From Hydrolagus colliei (Eukaryota): a stretch of DNA of 64,000 nucleotides. The notes under the pieces were generated by a model that did no database searches, was not told the origin of the DNA, and was given only the letters and a program-made list of their open reading frames with translations. Shown here in pieces: positions 11,601 through 24,088 of the stretch; the stretch's first letter is position 1, and each line of letters starts with the position of its first letter. The translations under genes and the position numbers were made by a program. The DNA is taken from assembly GCA_035084275.1 (NCBI GenBank), contig CM068744.1, positions 75,020,001 through 75,084,000 of the forward strand. The letters are read 5' to 3'.

Positions 11601-12834
11601 CACAAAGCTCTCGTGCTTTGTTGACTGAAGAGTTCCCTTCTCCTTATCCAGAACATGTTGATTTCAATGAAGGAGTCCAACAGGGCATTATCGTAGTGGT
11701 AACATACTGGGGGGGAGAAGGGTGAGCTAGGAGTGCAGTGTGCAGTGCTAAGGATGTGGAGCCTTGATCAGCACAGCACAGACTTGTGTATTAGCTTATC
11801 ACGCTCGCCCAGTCCACTGCTTGCTGCATAAATCAGGAGAATGTAAAGTGCGGTGGAAAATACGCTACAAATCGGTGACACCGTCAGCCTCCTGCCATTA
11901 TCATGCCTTTTTTTAATTAAAGTTCTAAATTCTCTCCTTGCTTCTCAGGCCACGTCACCATACGCTGGAGCCCTTTTGTTATCGCACCTATTATGCAAAG
12001 AGGAAAAGGGAATTTGTATTTACACAGTGCTCCTAATGAATTCAGAAGTGTTAAGCTGAAGTTAAATGGATTACATGGATTTTACTGTTAAGAGTTTAGA
12101 TAATTAATGGTGGCTTTCAATTTTAATTGACGGAATACAAAATGCAGTTTGTAACCCGCACTCACTAGTGATGTGACCTATATTCGGGTGTGCCTTGCAT
12201 GCAGATGCCACTGCTGACTGAGAAAGTCGCTCCAATGCAGCAAAGCTCAGTCACTAAAAAGCAGCTTAGCTTTTAATTTGATAGCGTCTGGTTTTTTTCT
12301 TTTGTGTCTGAGTTGAAGTGCACGAAAGTATGTGAGGCAAGGAGAGGTCATGAAGCCAATCAAGCCCATTCCTTCCTCTCAGACCACACATAGCTCACTC
12401 TGTTGAAGGGTTTACCCTCCCACTCTGTTTCCTGGGAAGGCATCGACTTAAGCATAGCTAAACCTCAGAATATTCCAACAATTCATCACAGAATTGCTTC
12501 TCTCTACAGGCTAAATTTCCTTCTTTCTTTTCTAGCCCCAGAAACGTAAAGGCATTGGGTTTCAATGGAATCTTTGCACCTTTCAGATCGCACTTGCTTG
12601 CTAATGTAGTGCTGCAGAGTTTGTGGAGCAGGCAATTTTAGTTAAATCTTGATAAATAGTTGGACCAGGGCACTGTCCACAATTGCTATGATATCCATGT
12701 CATTGTGCCCAGGTATTTCCACGATCTTAAATTTCAAGACAATTGTCTGCATTGTCAGAGGTGCTATTATTCGTATGTGACATTAAACCAAGGTCCTTTT
12801 CAGGTGGGCATTAAAGATCCCATGGTCCTATTCA

Positions 12835-13102
12835 ACAACAACAACAACTTGGATTCATATAGCACCCTCCATGCTGGATGGCGTCTCAGAGAACTTCACA
12901 ATAATGGATCCCGGGGGCGAGCCATGGACAGGGGGAGAAAGGTGACCGAAGGCACGGTTGAAGAGAAAGCTTTTTAGCTGAGACCTGAAACTGGGAAGAG
13001 AGGGGGAGAGGTGAAGGGAGGGAGGAAGGGAGTTCCAGAGCCTCGGGGCATAGTGGCTGAAGGCACAACCACCGATGGTGGAGCAGAGGATTCGGGGGAC
13101 AA
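12835..13102 (-). mobile_element. L2 3' fragment, second tail family
   Basis: Tail tctgagacgccatccagcatggagggtgctatatgaatccaagttgttg on the minus strand; same tail type at about 5265, 36440 and 39540. Confidence 0.75.
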
Positions 13103-13215
13103 ATATAGAAGCGGATTTCTTCCGATATCCTGGCTAACAATCCCTCAGATAAAATTGATGATTCACTATATGCTTGTGAGATATTACTGTACTATACTTT
13201 ATAATAAATCCTTAT

Positions 13216-13500
13216 AAGCATGAGACCTGTGCTCGAATCCAGACAGGTCAGAACGCAACCTTAGGCAAGTTTCCTTACTCCACATGCCTAATAATAATCC
13301 CTCCCCCCAAAAAACCCCCCACAATAATAAAATTAGTCATTTCAATCCACGACTGTTTATGGGATATTGCTCTGCGCAATTGGCTGCCACATTTTAGCCT
13401 ACAAATATACAGTCAATTCACTTTACAGTATATTTTGTGAAGCGCTTTGAGACGTCTAGAAGACATGAAAAGCGCGATATCAAATGCAAAGATTATTTAT
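13216..13500 (+). mobile_element. Young tRNA-derived SINE (short variant), 5'-truncated
   Basis: B-box-like gctcgaatcc, conserved body, L2-like tail ...gaaaagcgcgatatcaaatgcaaagattatt. Confidence 0.88.
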
Positions 13501-14374
13501 TTATTTAAATCCAATAAAGTGCTTTGAGACATCCTCCTGATGTGAAAGGAGGAAAGGAAGTACTGTATAAAGGAAATATAAATTTAAATGCTGTGAGACA
13601 CTATCCGGCATGGAGGATGCTATATAATAATAAATTGTTGTTGTTGTAAATGTAAGCATCATCATCATTCTTATTATTCTTATTAAAATGCTGGAAAACT
13701 GCCCAGTTCCCCAGAAGTAGCATCTTAGATCTCAATGTTAAACCCAAGAACATTTCGAATCAAGAACTGCTCCAATGCACAGCTAAGTGCAGACTAAATT
13801 ATATTCTAACACATTGTTTAACTTTCTTTTGAGATGCTTCCCATCTCCAGAATTGGCTCTGAGGTTTTGGTGGGTTGCTTTTCAGCATTGTGTGGAGACT
13901 GTTCCTTCCACCACCATCTGCCTGACTCCTGCCGGTGCCAGCATCACCAGTTCTTGTTTCACTGTTGCACGGAAGTCTTCTTTTTAACCTTGCGTTGCCT
14001 GAAAAACACCAACTGTACTAACATATGCCGTGGAATGATTTTGACAAGTGACGCAGAGTATTGAGATGGGCCACAGGAAAATTCCAACTCAAGATCTGCT
14101 ACACTGAGGCAATTCATTAGGTGACTAACTGTCTGATTATTTTATGACTGGAAAAACAAAATGTGATCCTTGACCTGGAAATGGAAGTTCAGTCACCGCT
14201 GTAGATAACAGCATTACTAATACAACATTTGACCGATACATTTTTTTAAAGCCTTTACAGGAACCGGCATCGGACTTTTAATAGTTTTTAAAGTCGTTTG
14301 TAAGTAGATTGACCTAAAGTTTGTGCAGCTTGGATGGATAAAACGCCATAACATAAATTCTTGTATCTTTACAG

Positions 14375-14477
14375 CATATCCCTGCTGAACCACAGCTGTG
14401 ACCCAAACTGTGTGATTGTTTTCGAAGGGAAACAGCTCCTGCTTCACGCAGTTCGACACATCCAAGCGGATGAAGAG
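14375..14477 (+). CDS. SMYD3: SMYD3 coding exon (exon 7 equivalent): (S)ISLLNHSCDPNCVIVFEGKQLLLHAVRHIQADEE
   Basis: tctttacag acceptor, gtaatt donor; 103 bp. Contains the SET signature NHSCxPN, and phase is compatible with both flanking exons. Not shown as a + strand ORF in the supplied track. Confidence 0.96.
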
Positions 14478-15180
14478 GTAATTTGTTTTGCAACTTCTCA
14501 GCAGCATTTAACAGTCAGGCTCCTCCGTTACTGCTAAGCGCTCTAGGACACAGCCATGTGTGGAGGGCACTATGTAAGTGCAAGCTGTTGTTATAATAAT
14601 GGCATCTAAAGTCCATCTCCTTGATTGAAACCCAGTTTCAACAGCCAACGTATCCAGTTTTTGTTACAATAAGAGGTCTTCCACCATGTGCCTCATAGTC
14701 AACTAATTATAAGTCTCATTGATGCTGCTATTGACTATCCTCCTGGAAGGGTGAGGTAGGCAGGATCTTGTTTGGGCAGAACTGGTTCCACGGTGAAATA
14801 CTTACCAGTGGAATGTTGGACTCAAGTCAATCTTTTGTGGTGGTCTTGGGGACCGGTGGCTACTGAACTCAGTACAGAGCTACAGTACTCCAGGACACTG
14901 CTGATGATAGGCCAGCCATCAGCAGGACTTGGAGGAGCACACTAGATTTTTGGAGTGAGGATTCTTTTTACTCTGCTCCAGTTAATTCTGTAACCCAAAG
15001 CCCTAAAGAGTAGAGTGGTCCTACTTGATCATGCCGTCAGTCAGTGTTTTCAATGGTAAGTTCTGCAGTGTTAGCAGGTTAAACTCCAAGGTGCTTGTCT
15101 CCATGGAGAGAGAGTGCATATTCCATTCAAGACACAGGATAATTTTCATGTGCAGATTCCGTACACATGTGGAATTCTTA

Positions 15181-15281
15181 GAAACAAAAATAGAAGTTGC
15201 TGGGATAACTCAGCAAGTCAGGCAGCATCCGTGGAGAAAGGAAAGGAACGTTTCGGGTCCACAACCCTTCATCAGAACTGG
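15181..15281 (-). mobile_element. Penelope-like element terminal fragment with hammerhead core
   Basis: Same family as 15624-15758 and 55379-55523; minus strand reads CAGTTCTGATGAAGGGTTGTGGACCCGAAACGTT. Confidence 0.75.
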
Positions 15282-15623
15282 AATTCTCAGTCTGGTTTGA
15301 TACTCTGAAGCATGGTGATGGATTTCCACATGGGTCAGACATCCAGCTGTCAGCCAAAAAGCTCATAACTATGGGCCCTGAATTTCTTGTTGTTGAAATG
15401 GCTAAGAGGCTTTAATATCTAGAAAAACTGCACCATCAACATAAGACTTTTCATGTGGTGAACTACAAATTGTTAATAAAGTGCTGTTGCAAAGATAGTG
15501 GTGATCAAATACTTTGAAGAGCACAGTGGTTTTGAAGTTGCTTGATCATGGAATTGTCTCCTGCGGAAAGAATCTGACCACAAAAGATAGAATCATAAAA
15601 CATACAACACAAGAAGACAGCCA

Positions 15624-15758
15624 CAACAAAACACAAAATACTACAGATGCTGGGAATCTGAAACAAAAACAGATTTGTTGGGGAAACTTAGCAGGTCAGG
15701 CAGCATCCATGGAGAAAGGAAAAAGAGTCAACATTTCGGGTCTACAACCCTTCGTCTG
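15624..15758 (-). mobile_element. Penelope-like terminal fragment with 15-bp TSD, inserted in a CR1 tail remnant
   Basis: TSD acaagaagacagcca at 15609-15623 and 15759-15773. Confidence 0.8.
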
Positions 15759-15869
15759 ACAAGAAGACAGCCATTTGGCTCCTCAAGACTGTGCTGTTGC
15801 CAGCTTCCCAACTGGAGCTATAAATGGCAACATTTTAAGAGAAGATGAGAGCGACCTAATGGTTAACAT

Positions 15870-16480
15870 ATAGAAATCTTTAAAGGTGAGAAAGCAAGTA
15901 GACAATGCTATGAAGGAAACTGATGGGATTCTATGTTTTATAAACAGAGGCCGAGAATATAAAATATAAAACCAAAGAGGTGATGCTTAACCTGTATTTG
16001 CTAAGTCATAGTATTGTGACACAGTATTGTGTCCAGTTTTGGACATCCCACATGAAGAAGGATGTCAGAGCCATAGAGAGATTGCAAAGGAGATTCACTA
16101 GGATGATACCAGGGATGACTGGCTTGACCTCTGAGCAGAGACTGGAGGAACCAGGTCTAAATTTTCCCAAAACAGAAAACGTTAAGGGGAGACCTGTTGA
16201 AGGCCTTTAAAATGATGATGGTTTTGATAGAAACGAAAGGGAGAAAATATTTCCATTGATCGTTGGATCGCTGATGAGAGGGTATCAATTTAAAATAATT
16301 ACCAAGAGAGCAAAGGTTCTGTAGGAAGTGGTGGTCAAGAAAGAACAAATTAGATATTTACAAAAGAGTAATTAATGGAATTGGGGAGAAGACAATTTAA
16401 TTAGATTGTATGGATTGCTCATTACAGGTATAATGAACCAAAAGGCCTTCTACTGTGCAATAAATTTCCATAGTTCTATC
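15870..16480 (+). mobile_element. Old CR1 3' fragment
   Basis: QYCVQFWTSHMKKDVRAIERLQRRFTRMIPGM plus a CR1-type 3' end. Confidence 0.85.
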
Positions 16481-16535
16481 TACTTTAATCCCAATGTCCC
16501 ATTCTTTTTAAATTACTGTATTATTTTTCAAGAAT

Positions 16536-16900
16536 ACAGTCCTGTAGTTTAGTTGTTAGAGCATTCACCCCACAAGCGATAGGCCCTGGGATCAATTCCT
16601 GGGTAGGGCAAAACATGGGACAAGTTTCCTTACTCCAAGTGCCTCTGTTTACCACACAGTAAGAAGGAATCCAGCTGTTGGTCGATTGGAGGATCATTTT
16701 TCCGAGGATAATAATTCCTTCAAAATAAAATAAAAAAATAAAAAAAGTAATCCATGACTGTTTGTGGGACACTGCTGTGTGAAATTGGCTGCTGCATTTC
16801 TCTCACAAAATATACAGTCAATTCACTTTACGGTATATTCTGCAAAGCGCTTTGAAGACATGACAAGGCGATATATCAAATACAAACATTATTATTATTA
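16536..16900 (+). mobile_element. tRNA-derived SINE (long variant)
   Basis: Head gtcctgtagtttagttgttagagc, extra central segment gcctctgtttacc...gtcgattgg, shared 3' body and tail. Confidence 0.85.
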
Positions 16901-17309
16901 ATAATAAATACTCAGCAGATTTCCCTTTTAAATGCTATTACATTTTGCTTTAAATGTGATGAATAATGGAGGGTTGAAGATGAGCTGAATATTCTGGAGT
17001 TTTCATTCAATTGCGTTTGGAAACGGGGATATATTCAAGAATCATCTTTTGGCTATGACAAATCTTGATCGGAGTCCCTCACAGGATAAATTGTAAGTGA
17101 ACTGTGAACAGGAGCAAGTCATATTGGTTTAGTCGAGTATTTTCAAACTGACCGACAGTCAATATAATGCAAGAGGTTTTGCGGAATGTCTTCGTTGAAG
17201 CTTATGGACGGTTAGTCAACAGTGGTATATTCTGGATCCAGTGAGGGTTTGTTCCTCAATATGGAAGGGTTGATGTGAGGGTTATCATAGGTGATGTTTA
17301 CTTTTAGAA

Positions 17310-17558
17310 ACCCGCATGTTAGTTGATCGGTGGATTTCTTTCCGAGGGTAATGATTCCTTCAAAACAATAATACTAATACTAATAATAAATTAGTCATTT
17401 CAATCCATGACTGTTTGTGGGGACACTGCTGTGCGTAATTGGCTGGCACGTTTCGCCCACAAATATACAGTCAATTCACTTTATAGTATATTCTGTGAAG
17501 TGCTTTGAGACATCTAGAAGATGTGAAAAGTGCTATCTCAAATGCAAGGATTATTATT
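17310..17558 (+). mobile_element. tRNA-derived SINE (long variant), 3' half
   Basis: Shared body ctgtttgtggggacactgctgtgcgtaattggctg and tail caaatgcaaggattattatt. Confidence 0.85.
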
Positions 17559-17669
17559 GTCATCTGTAAAATTGGTGTGGGTTGAACTTACTGTTAGACT
17601 GTTAGAATCTCCGCTTGTCAGCTCCAACTGAACCTTCCCACTCAGTAATTCAGTAAATCTACCAGCCTG

Positions 17670-18213
17670 ATATTCAGGTGTCATTTGATAAAGTCACACA
17701 ATTTTCAAGAAAGCTTGTGGATTTCATGGCAGAATAATCAGTTGGATTAAGAACTGCCTTAGAAACAGGAAGCAGAAGGTGGTGATAAATGGAAAAAGCC
17801 GTGTCTGGGCAGTGACTTGCGAAGTTCTGCAGGGAGCTGTTCTGAATTCCCTGTTCTTCACAATGTTTATAAATGACCTGGAGAAGGGCACTTCTTGAAA
17901 TTTTATAGCATTTGCTGGTGATATCAAGCTATGTGGGCTGGTGACTAACAACAGAAGGATACATCATTCAGGAAGATCTAGACTAAGTGAGCAGATGGGC
18001 TAAGTAGTGCCAGATGTATTTTAATATAGATAAATGTAAGGTAATGCAAGTTGGAACAAGCTACAGTAAGCATGCGTATGCAATGGATTACAGGTTAATG
18101 AACGAGTTTCTATTAGCAGAGGTGGAAAATGAAAGGGGTATTTGATGGTGATTATTGATCAGTCACTGAAGGTTTTCAGTCATTGTGAGGTCTCCGACAA
18201 CAAAGCTGATAAA
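17670..18213 (+). mobile_element. Old CR1 RT fragment
   Basis: WIKNCLRNRKQKVVING, QGAVL..LFFTMFINDL and FAGDIKL remnants. Confidence 0.8.
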
Positions 18214-18215
18214 TA

Positions 18216-18330
18216 CAGTAGAAGCCCGTTTATCCATGACTCGATGAACCGGCACTTCCGTATAACCGGCACGCCAAAAAAAAAGTCCCCATTCAATAAA
18301 CCGGAACTTATCTGGAACAATAGCAGTGGA
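18216..18330 (+). mobile_element. Possible Tigger/pogo-like MITE end
   Basis: TA followed by CAGTAGAAGCCCGTTTATCC and repeated AACCGG(C/A)AC motifs; the CR1 ends abruptly here; no partner TIR found. Confidence 0.45.
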
Positions 18331-19999
18331 GCATTTGTAAATGCATAAATAATAACATAATAACAGAATATTGTATTGGTACTTATTGTTAAAATGACTC
18401 TTGCGCTTCTCACCTTTACTAGTAGATGCTGGGTGAAACACAGCAGCCAATTGTGCACAGCAGTGTCCTACAAACAATCATGGATTGAAGTGACCAATTT
18501 ATTATTATTGTTTTGAAGGAATCATTACCCCCGGAAAGAAATCTTAGGGTCTTATTGAGAAACTCCAGGTCCACTTGAGAATGATTTTCATTTAACGGTG
18601 AGTTCAAATATATATTTTTAACGCAAACCCTCCAAGTGCTACATTTTCAACAATCTTTTGTCTGTTATAAATCGCTCGTGCTCTCCACCTGTATGAGAGC
18701 AAATAAAGGAATCTTTCTGGCATCCTGACTCATGTTTGTAGAATTAGAAATTGAAAAGCAAAAAAAGTGTTATCTTTGTTCTGCTACCTTTGATCTCACT
18801 GGAGATCAGACAGTACCATCTGGGAGATGCGCAGACTTGCTATCAACGCAGTTGCTATGCGGCTCCAAACAAACATAAAGAAAAATGACCCAGGACTCCA
18901 AAATAAAAATAGCATTAAACCAGCTTAACCTTGGCTGGTACATCTACCAGGCTTTTGGCAGTTATCTGTATCAGCGCCTTGGAACATCCTCCTAATGTGA
19001 AAAGTGCTATACATATAAATGTAATTTGTTGCTGTTGTTGAGAATGTCCTTTCCAAAACATAAGAATTTGCATTTGTAGGTAGGCATACATTTGTAGAAC
19101 TCTTGTTTGGTTTGGAAACTCTTTAAGAAAATGATGGTTTCCACACGTTTTAAAACATCGGACTGACTGACTGACCTTTGCTTCCCCCCTGTGTCAGGAG
19201 ACGAACACTTACTGGGTAACTCAGCATAGAGCAACAACATAACCTGGGACCAAACCTGAATTCTATAGCTGTGTTTCACTGAAGTGCAGTGGCTTCACAA
19301 GCTAAGCTTTCAGGGAAAGTAACATCCCCACCCCCTGTCTGTGCACATTATTTGTGGTTCCCTCACTGATCCACGATCTTTCCTTTGCAAAGCACCGCGC
19401 CCCTTTTACGACATTGTTTTTTGTACAGGTGCCAAGGACAAGATTATAGGGAGGTTTTAATGCTGAATTGTTTGATTTTAAGTGGCTCTACTGTATCACA
19501 ATGTAATCTCTGGCCCTGTATAGTTTCAAACCGGGTTTGGTTTACTCTACAAACATGACATATACTGTATATAAATTATCAAAGGCCGTGTGACCAAAAG
19601 GATGTTTCACCCTGCTGGGACAGTTCAGTATACTTACAGCTAGCTGTCCTTTGCTTATGACTGGCCTGAGGGTAGATGTTTTGAGTGATTTTGTTTTGGC
19701 TTGCCTTTGAGAGGCACGAGAGAAAATGTTATCAGCTAAGGCACTGGAAAATAAAGCCTCATTATTTTCATCAGCAATATTTCATTTTTTTATCGTTGCC
19801 AGAAGTTTTCAGGATTTTTCTTTCCCCTTTTGTCCTCGTGTGAAGCAGCGCAGGCTTATTAGGAGAGAACAGATTAGTTTGTCTTTCTAGATTTGTGTGG
19901 TTCAAGGTCAGGGATGTGAATCCCGAGCATGTACCCATTTTGGGGCAGCAGGTAACTGGTTCACTGCAGAGCAAAGCTCTGTCCATCACTGCCAATAAC

Positions 20000-20593
20000 T
20001 GGAGCCCTGTAGCTCAGTGGTGAGAGCACTCGCCTTGTAAGCAAAAGACCTGGGTTCAATTCCAGGCAGGGTGAAACCTTGGGAAAATTTCCTTCCACAC
20101 GCCTAATAATAATACCTTGAAAACCCCCCAATAATAAATTGGGTAATTTGAATCCACAACTGTTATGGGGGTTATGGGTGGGCACTGCTGTGCGAAATTT
20201 GCTGCCACGTTTCGCCCACAAATATACAGTCAATTCACTTTACAGCATATTCTGTGAATCTCTGAGATATCTAGAACAGTGGTTCTCAACCCTTTTCAGT
20301 AATGTACCCCTTGATATTTTCAACATTATCGTGTACCCCCACCCAACCACAGACACACACCACCCCCATCATTCCACTTGCATTTTATGACCAAGCTTTT
20401 ATTTTTTAACAAAATAACTAGCACACACAAAATGAGAGGAATAACAATTAAATATACAATTTGGAAGGCTATAAAACGCTAAATAGGAGGGCTAAATAAA
20501 TCAATGTACCCCCTGGGTAAATCTACTCCTGGTTGAGAACCGCTGATCTAGAAGACGTGAAAAGCACTATATCAAATGTAAGGATTATTATTA
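20000..20593 (+). mobile_element. Young tRNA-derived SINE interrupted by a hAT MITE
   Basis: A box tagctcagtgg and B box gttcaattcc; the tail resumes after the MITE. Confidence 0.9.
20277..20545. mobile_element. hAT-Charlie-type MITE, 269 bp
   Basis: TIR CAGTGGTTCTCAACC / GGTTGAGAACCGCTG (14/15 match); perfect 8-bp TSD atctagaa (20269-20276 and 20546-20553), the NTCTAGAN target typical of Charlie/MER5. Confidence 0.93.
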
Positions 20594-22644
20594 ATTTGCT
20601 TCATCCCTCATTCCTAGAGAACCATCTACTATTGTGGTAGGGAGAGAAGAATTTACATATCTAAGGTGCCTCTCTAAATTCTGTGCAACATCAAATTGCA
20701 TGCATATCGTGCCATTCACATCAGGAGTTGATGTCTCAAGGTGCTGAACTGCACTGTGTAGTGCTTATAATGTCAAAACATCACAAAGCATTTTGCAAGT
20801 ACTGTAATTATGTTTGAAGTGTAGTGACTATTTTCTTAGCAAGCAAATGGAGCAATTGTTTGCTCCAGCAAGGCCCTACAAGCAGCTGTGAGTTGAATGA
20901 CACATTAATCAGGAGGATTGTTGGCCACAACACCAAGAGCAAAGCTCTCTTCGATTTTCAGATCATGTCATGGGATCTTTAACATCCATCCACCCAAACA
21001 AGTAATAGTAGGGCGTTTTCTATTTTCCTTCCCAGTGATCTCAGTGAGGTTGCTAATTTAGTATTGAAATAAGGGGACTTTTGTTCTTGTGGGTCCAGCC
21101 ACCAGAAACTGAGCTTTCCTCCATCAGTGGATAATAATCCTCACAGTTGATATAAAAACATTATCACGTTGCTGAGATGTGTCTGTGCACTTCACGGGAT
21201 TTACTGCGAAGTATAGATAAACGCGCCAAGTAGTTTGTGCAAAACAGCAACTCACAAACAGCCGTGAATTTACATATCTGTATCGCAATTATATTTCGGA
21301 GATTGTTGAGCGCTACAGAGTGGAAAACCATGTGAATCAGTGGAGGCCACGAGACAACTAATTTTCAGAGCTCTGCTCGGAGGGAGACAGGTTTTAGTTT
21401 CAAGCCCTATCTTCATTCGCATAAACTTTTTTTTGTTATGACACTGAACGTCTTTCAATTTACTTTGTACTCAAGATAAGGATGTATTTGGTAGTTGCCA
21501 GGAAACTTGCTTCCTTCATGTCATCAAGGACATGCGCTGCCTTCCGTTACCTTACTGCCCCTGTATTGTACACAGAGAGATTATGTGCTGAGAAACAGCA
21601 AATCTGATAGGTGTATGTACAGAAGGTTAATAGCTGGTCACAGTGTTGTATTGTACATTGCTTTGAACTTTTACAGCCAAGTTATAAATGTGTACGCACT
21701 TGATATTTCGGCATTGAAATCAATAGCTCATGTCTTGGCTGACCTCTCATTCACTTTCATCGTAATAACAATAAAGTGTGAAACCTTTTATTAGACTAAC
21801 GTGAAACAGTCCTGAACCTGGAATTAGGTGAAATAAAGGACATGGGCTTGAAGTGATTATAAAGTAACTGGTGGCTAGGTATCCCCATGTTAAGTGTGCT
21901 TATTATAATAAAACAATAATCCTTGCATTTGATACAGTGCCTTTTATGTCAGGAGGACATTTTAAAGCACTTCACAGGATCTACTGTGAAGTCTAGTACT
22001 TGCACCTAGCAGCCAAACGTTATTATGAGAGTGAAACTGGTCTTTCGTCATGTTTTTTTGAATCCTCTTTCAGAGGGTATACACTCAGCTATTCACCTCC
22101 TGGAAGCCTAAAACTGTTTGTAAATGGACTGAAATTGATGACCAGAAATTCAGATTGCAATGGGGTTGCAAGCTCTTGTGTGAAATCTAGTACAGTAATG
22201 TGGAAACCCAGAGGGATTATGTACTGGAGCTGAAAGCAGGTACTGTGTAGTTAGTAGAGGGGGTAACACTTATTAGCAATATAATTGAATACTTGGTTAC
22301 TTCCTCGGGCTATTTGACTAGGAGTCAAAAGAAGTTATTTAAACCTTGATTACTAAAACTTCTGTGCAATGATTTTATGAGTGAAGGGCCTGTATTGTTC
22401 ACTAGGTGGCAGGTATTAGACACGGTAACTCGATGCCTGAAGGAGAATAAAAGGATGTGATTCAGTTGTTCCATTGGCTCGGCACTGTGGGTCAGGAGTC
22501 AATCCTGGAGCTGCAGGCTGGGTGTTATTTAACGTGAAAGCTCTCTGAATATGAGCACAGGATCCAGATAGATAAAGTAATCTACGTTTTTGTCCCCCGC
22601 CATCCATTCAGTGCATTTAGCATGCTATCACCCTACCCTGGATT

Positions 22645-23975
22645 CCAACAACAAAATGACATTGGTATACCGTCTTTAACGTTGGGGTATCTCCCAATGC
22701 TGGATAATCAGTATTTCGGACCTGAGTTGAGGTTCGGAGTTGGGGAAGGTGGGGCAATGAGGGTGACCAAAGGTACAGTCTAAGAGGAGCATCTTGAGAC
22801 TGGTCTTGAAGGAAGCAAGGGAAGGGTTGAGGCGGAGGGACTGCGGGATGGAGTTCCAAAGGGTGGAGGCCAGAGAGCCTGAAAACCGCCCCTCAATGGT
22901 GGGCAGGCAAGGTAGGGGACGTGAAGTAGGCTGGAGCCTGCTGAGCGGAAGGAACTGGCAGGTTGGTAGGGGATTAAGAGGTCGCAGAAGTAGTGGGGAG
23001 TAAGGCAATGGAGGGCTTTGAAGGTGACCAGGATCTTGAACTGTATCCTCTGTATGATGGGAAGTCAGTGGAGTTGGGTGAGGGTGGTAGTGATAGAGTT
23101 GAGGAGCCTGATGCGGGAGAGGCTGAGGTGTTCCAAATGATCTAAAGCCTATGGAGGGAGAAGTTGGGGAAGCTGGCAAGCAGAGTTTGCATGGTTGAAC
23201 TTGGATATTATGAATGCGTGAATAATGGTCTTGGTGGCCTACGGTGTGAGACAGTGGTGGAGCGAGCGATGTTGCGGAGGTGGGGAAGGGTCATGGCAAT
23301 GATGTGAGATATGAATGACAGGTGAAGATCAAACTGGATCCCGAGGTTCCGTATTGCCTCCATGTATGTAAAGTGCATCCATGGAGGGAGATGTTGTCAG
23401 CACCCAAGGTATGGAAGCCCTGACAGGAGCGAAGCAGGAGTCTTGTTGACATTCAACTACAGGTTAGCTCTTTCCATGACTTGATGTCTGACAGGCAATC
23501 TGTCAGGACAGCAGTGGTCCTGGAATCGAGGGTGGAGGCAGAAAGATTGAGTTGGAAGTCATCTGCATACATGTGAAAGTTGATCATATAGAAATTGGGG
23601 AGCATATAGATATTGAAAAGGAGAGGACCAAGGACAGAGCTCTGGGGATGTGGAGGCTAGAGGAGAAGCCATTAGTGGTGACAAAGTAGAAATGGTGGGA
23701 GAGGTAGGATTAGAATCAGGCAAGGGAAGATCCGCAAAGATTGAACTGAGAGGAGAGGCCATTTAGGAGAATAGAAGGGTTGACAGCATAGAGGTCGAGG
23801 AGGGCAAGGCGGCAGAGAGAGCCCTAGTCCCACTTCCATGACATGAGCAGCATGGAAACCCAATTGGAGGAGTTCAAAGTGGGAATGGCGGGAAAGGAAA
23901 GAGCGAAGCTGGGACACGACAATTCGTTCCAGGGCCTTGGAGAGGAATGGGAGGTTGGAAATGCGGCGATAGATG
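22645..23975 (-). mobile_element. L2 LINE 3' portion (degenerate)
   Basis: YRRISNLPFLSKALERIV, LWNSIPQSLRL..SLASFKTSLK and an L2 tail; ends about 115 bp before the exon 8 acceptor. Confidence 0.88.
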
Positions 23976-24088
23976 TCAATAACCAACACCCAGGTTGACA
24001 TCAGGGTTATTTTTAAATGGCAAGGTTACGCATTGTATGGCTTCAATCTGATACTTTATTTTGACTACAAATGTTTGTCTTTTCCCAG

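Noticed and set aside
21120-21460. CpG-retaining unique segment as a possible Crypton relic or extra exon
   Set aside because: No convincing protein motif or in-frame splice pair.
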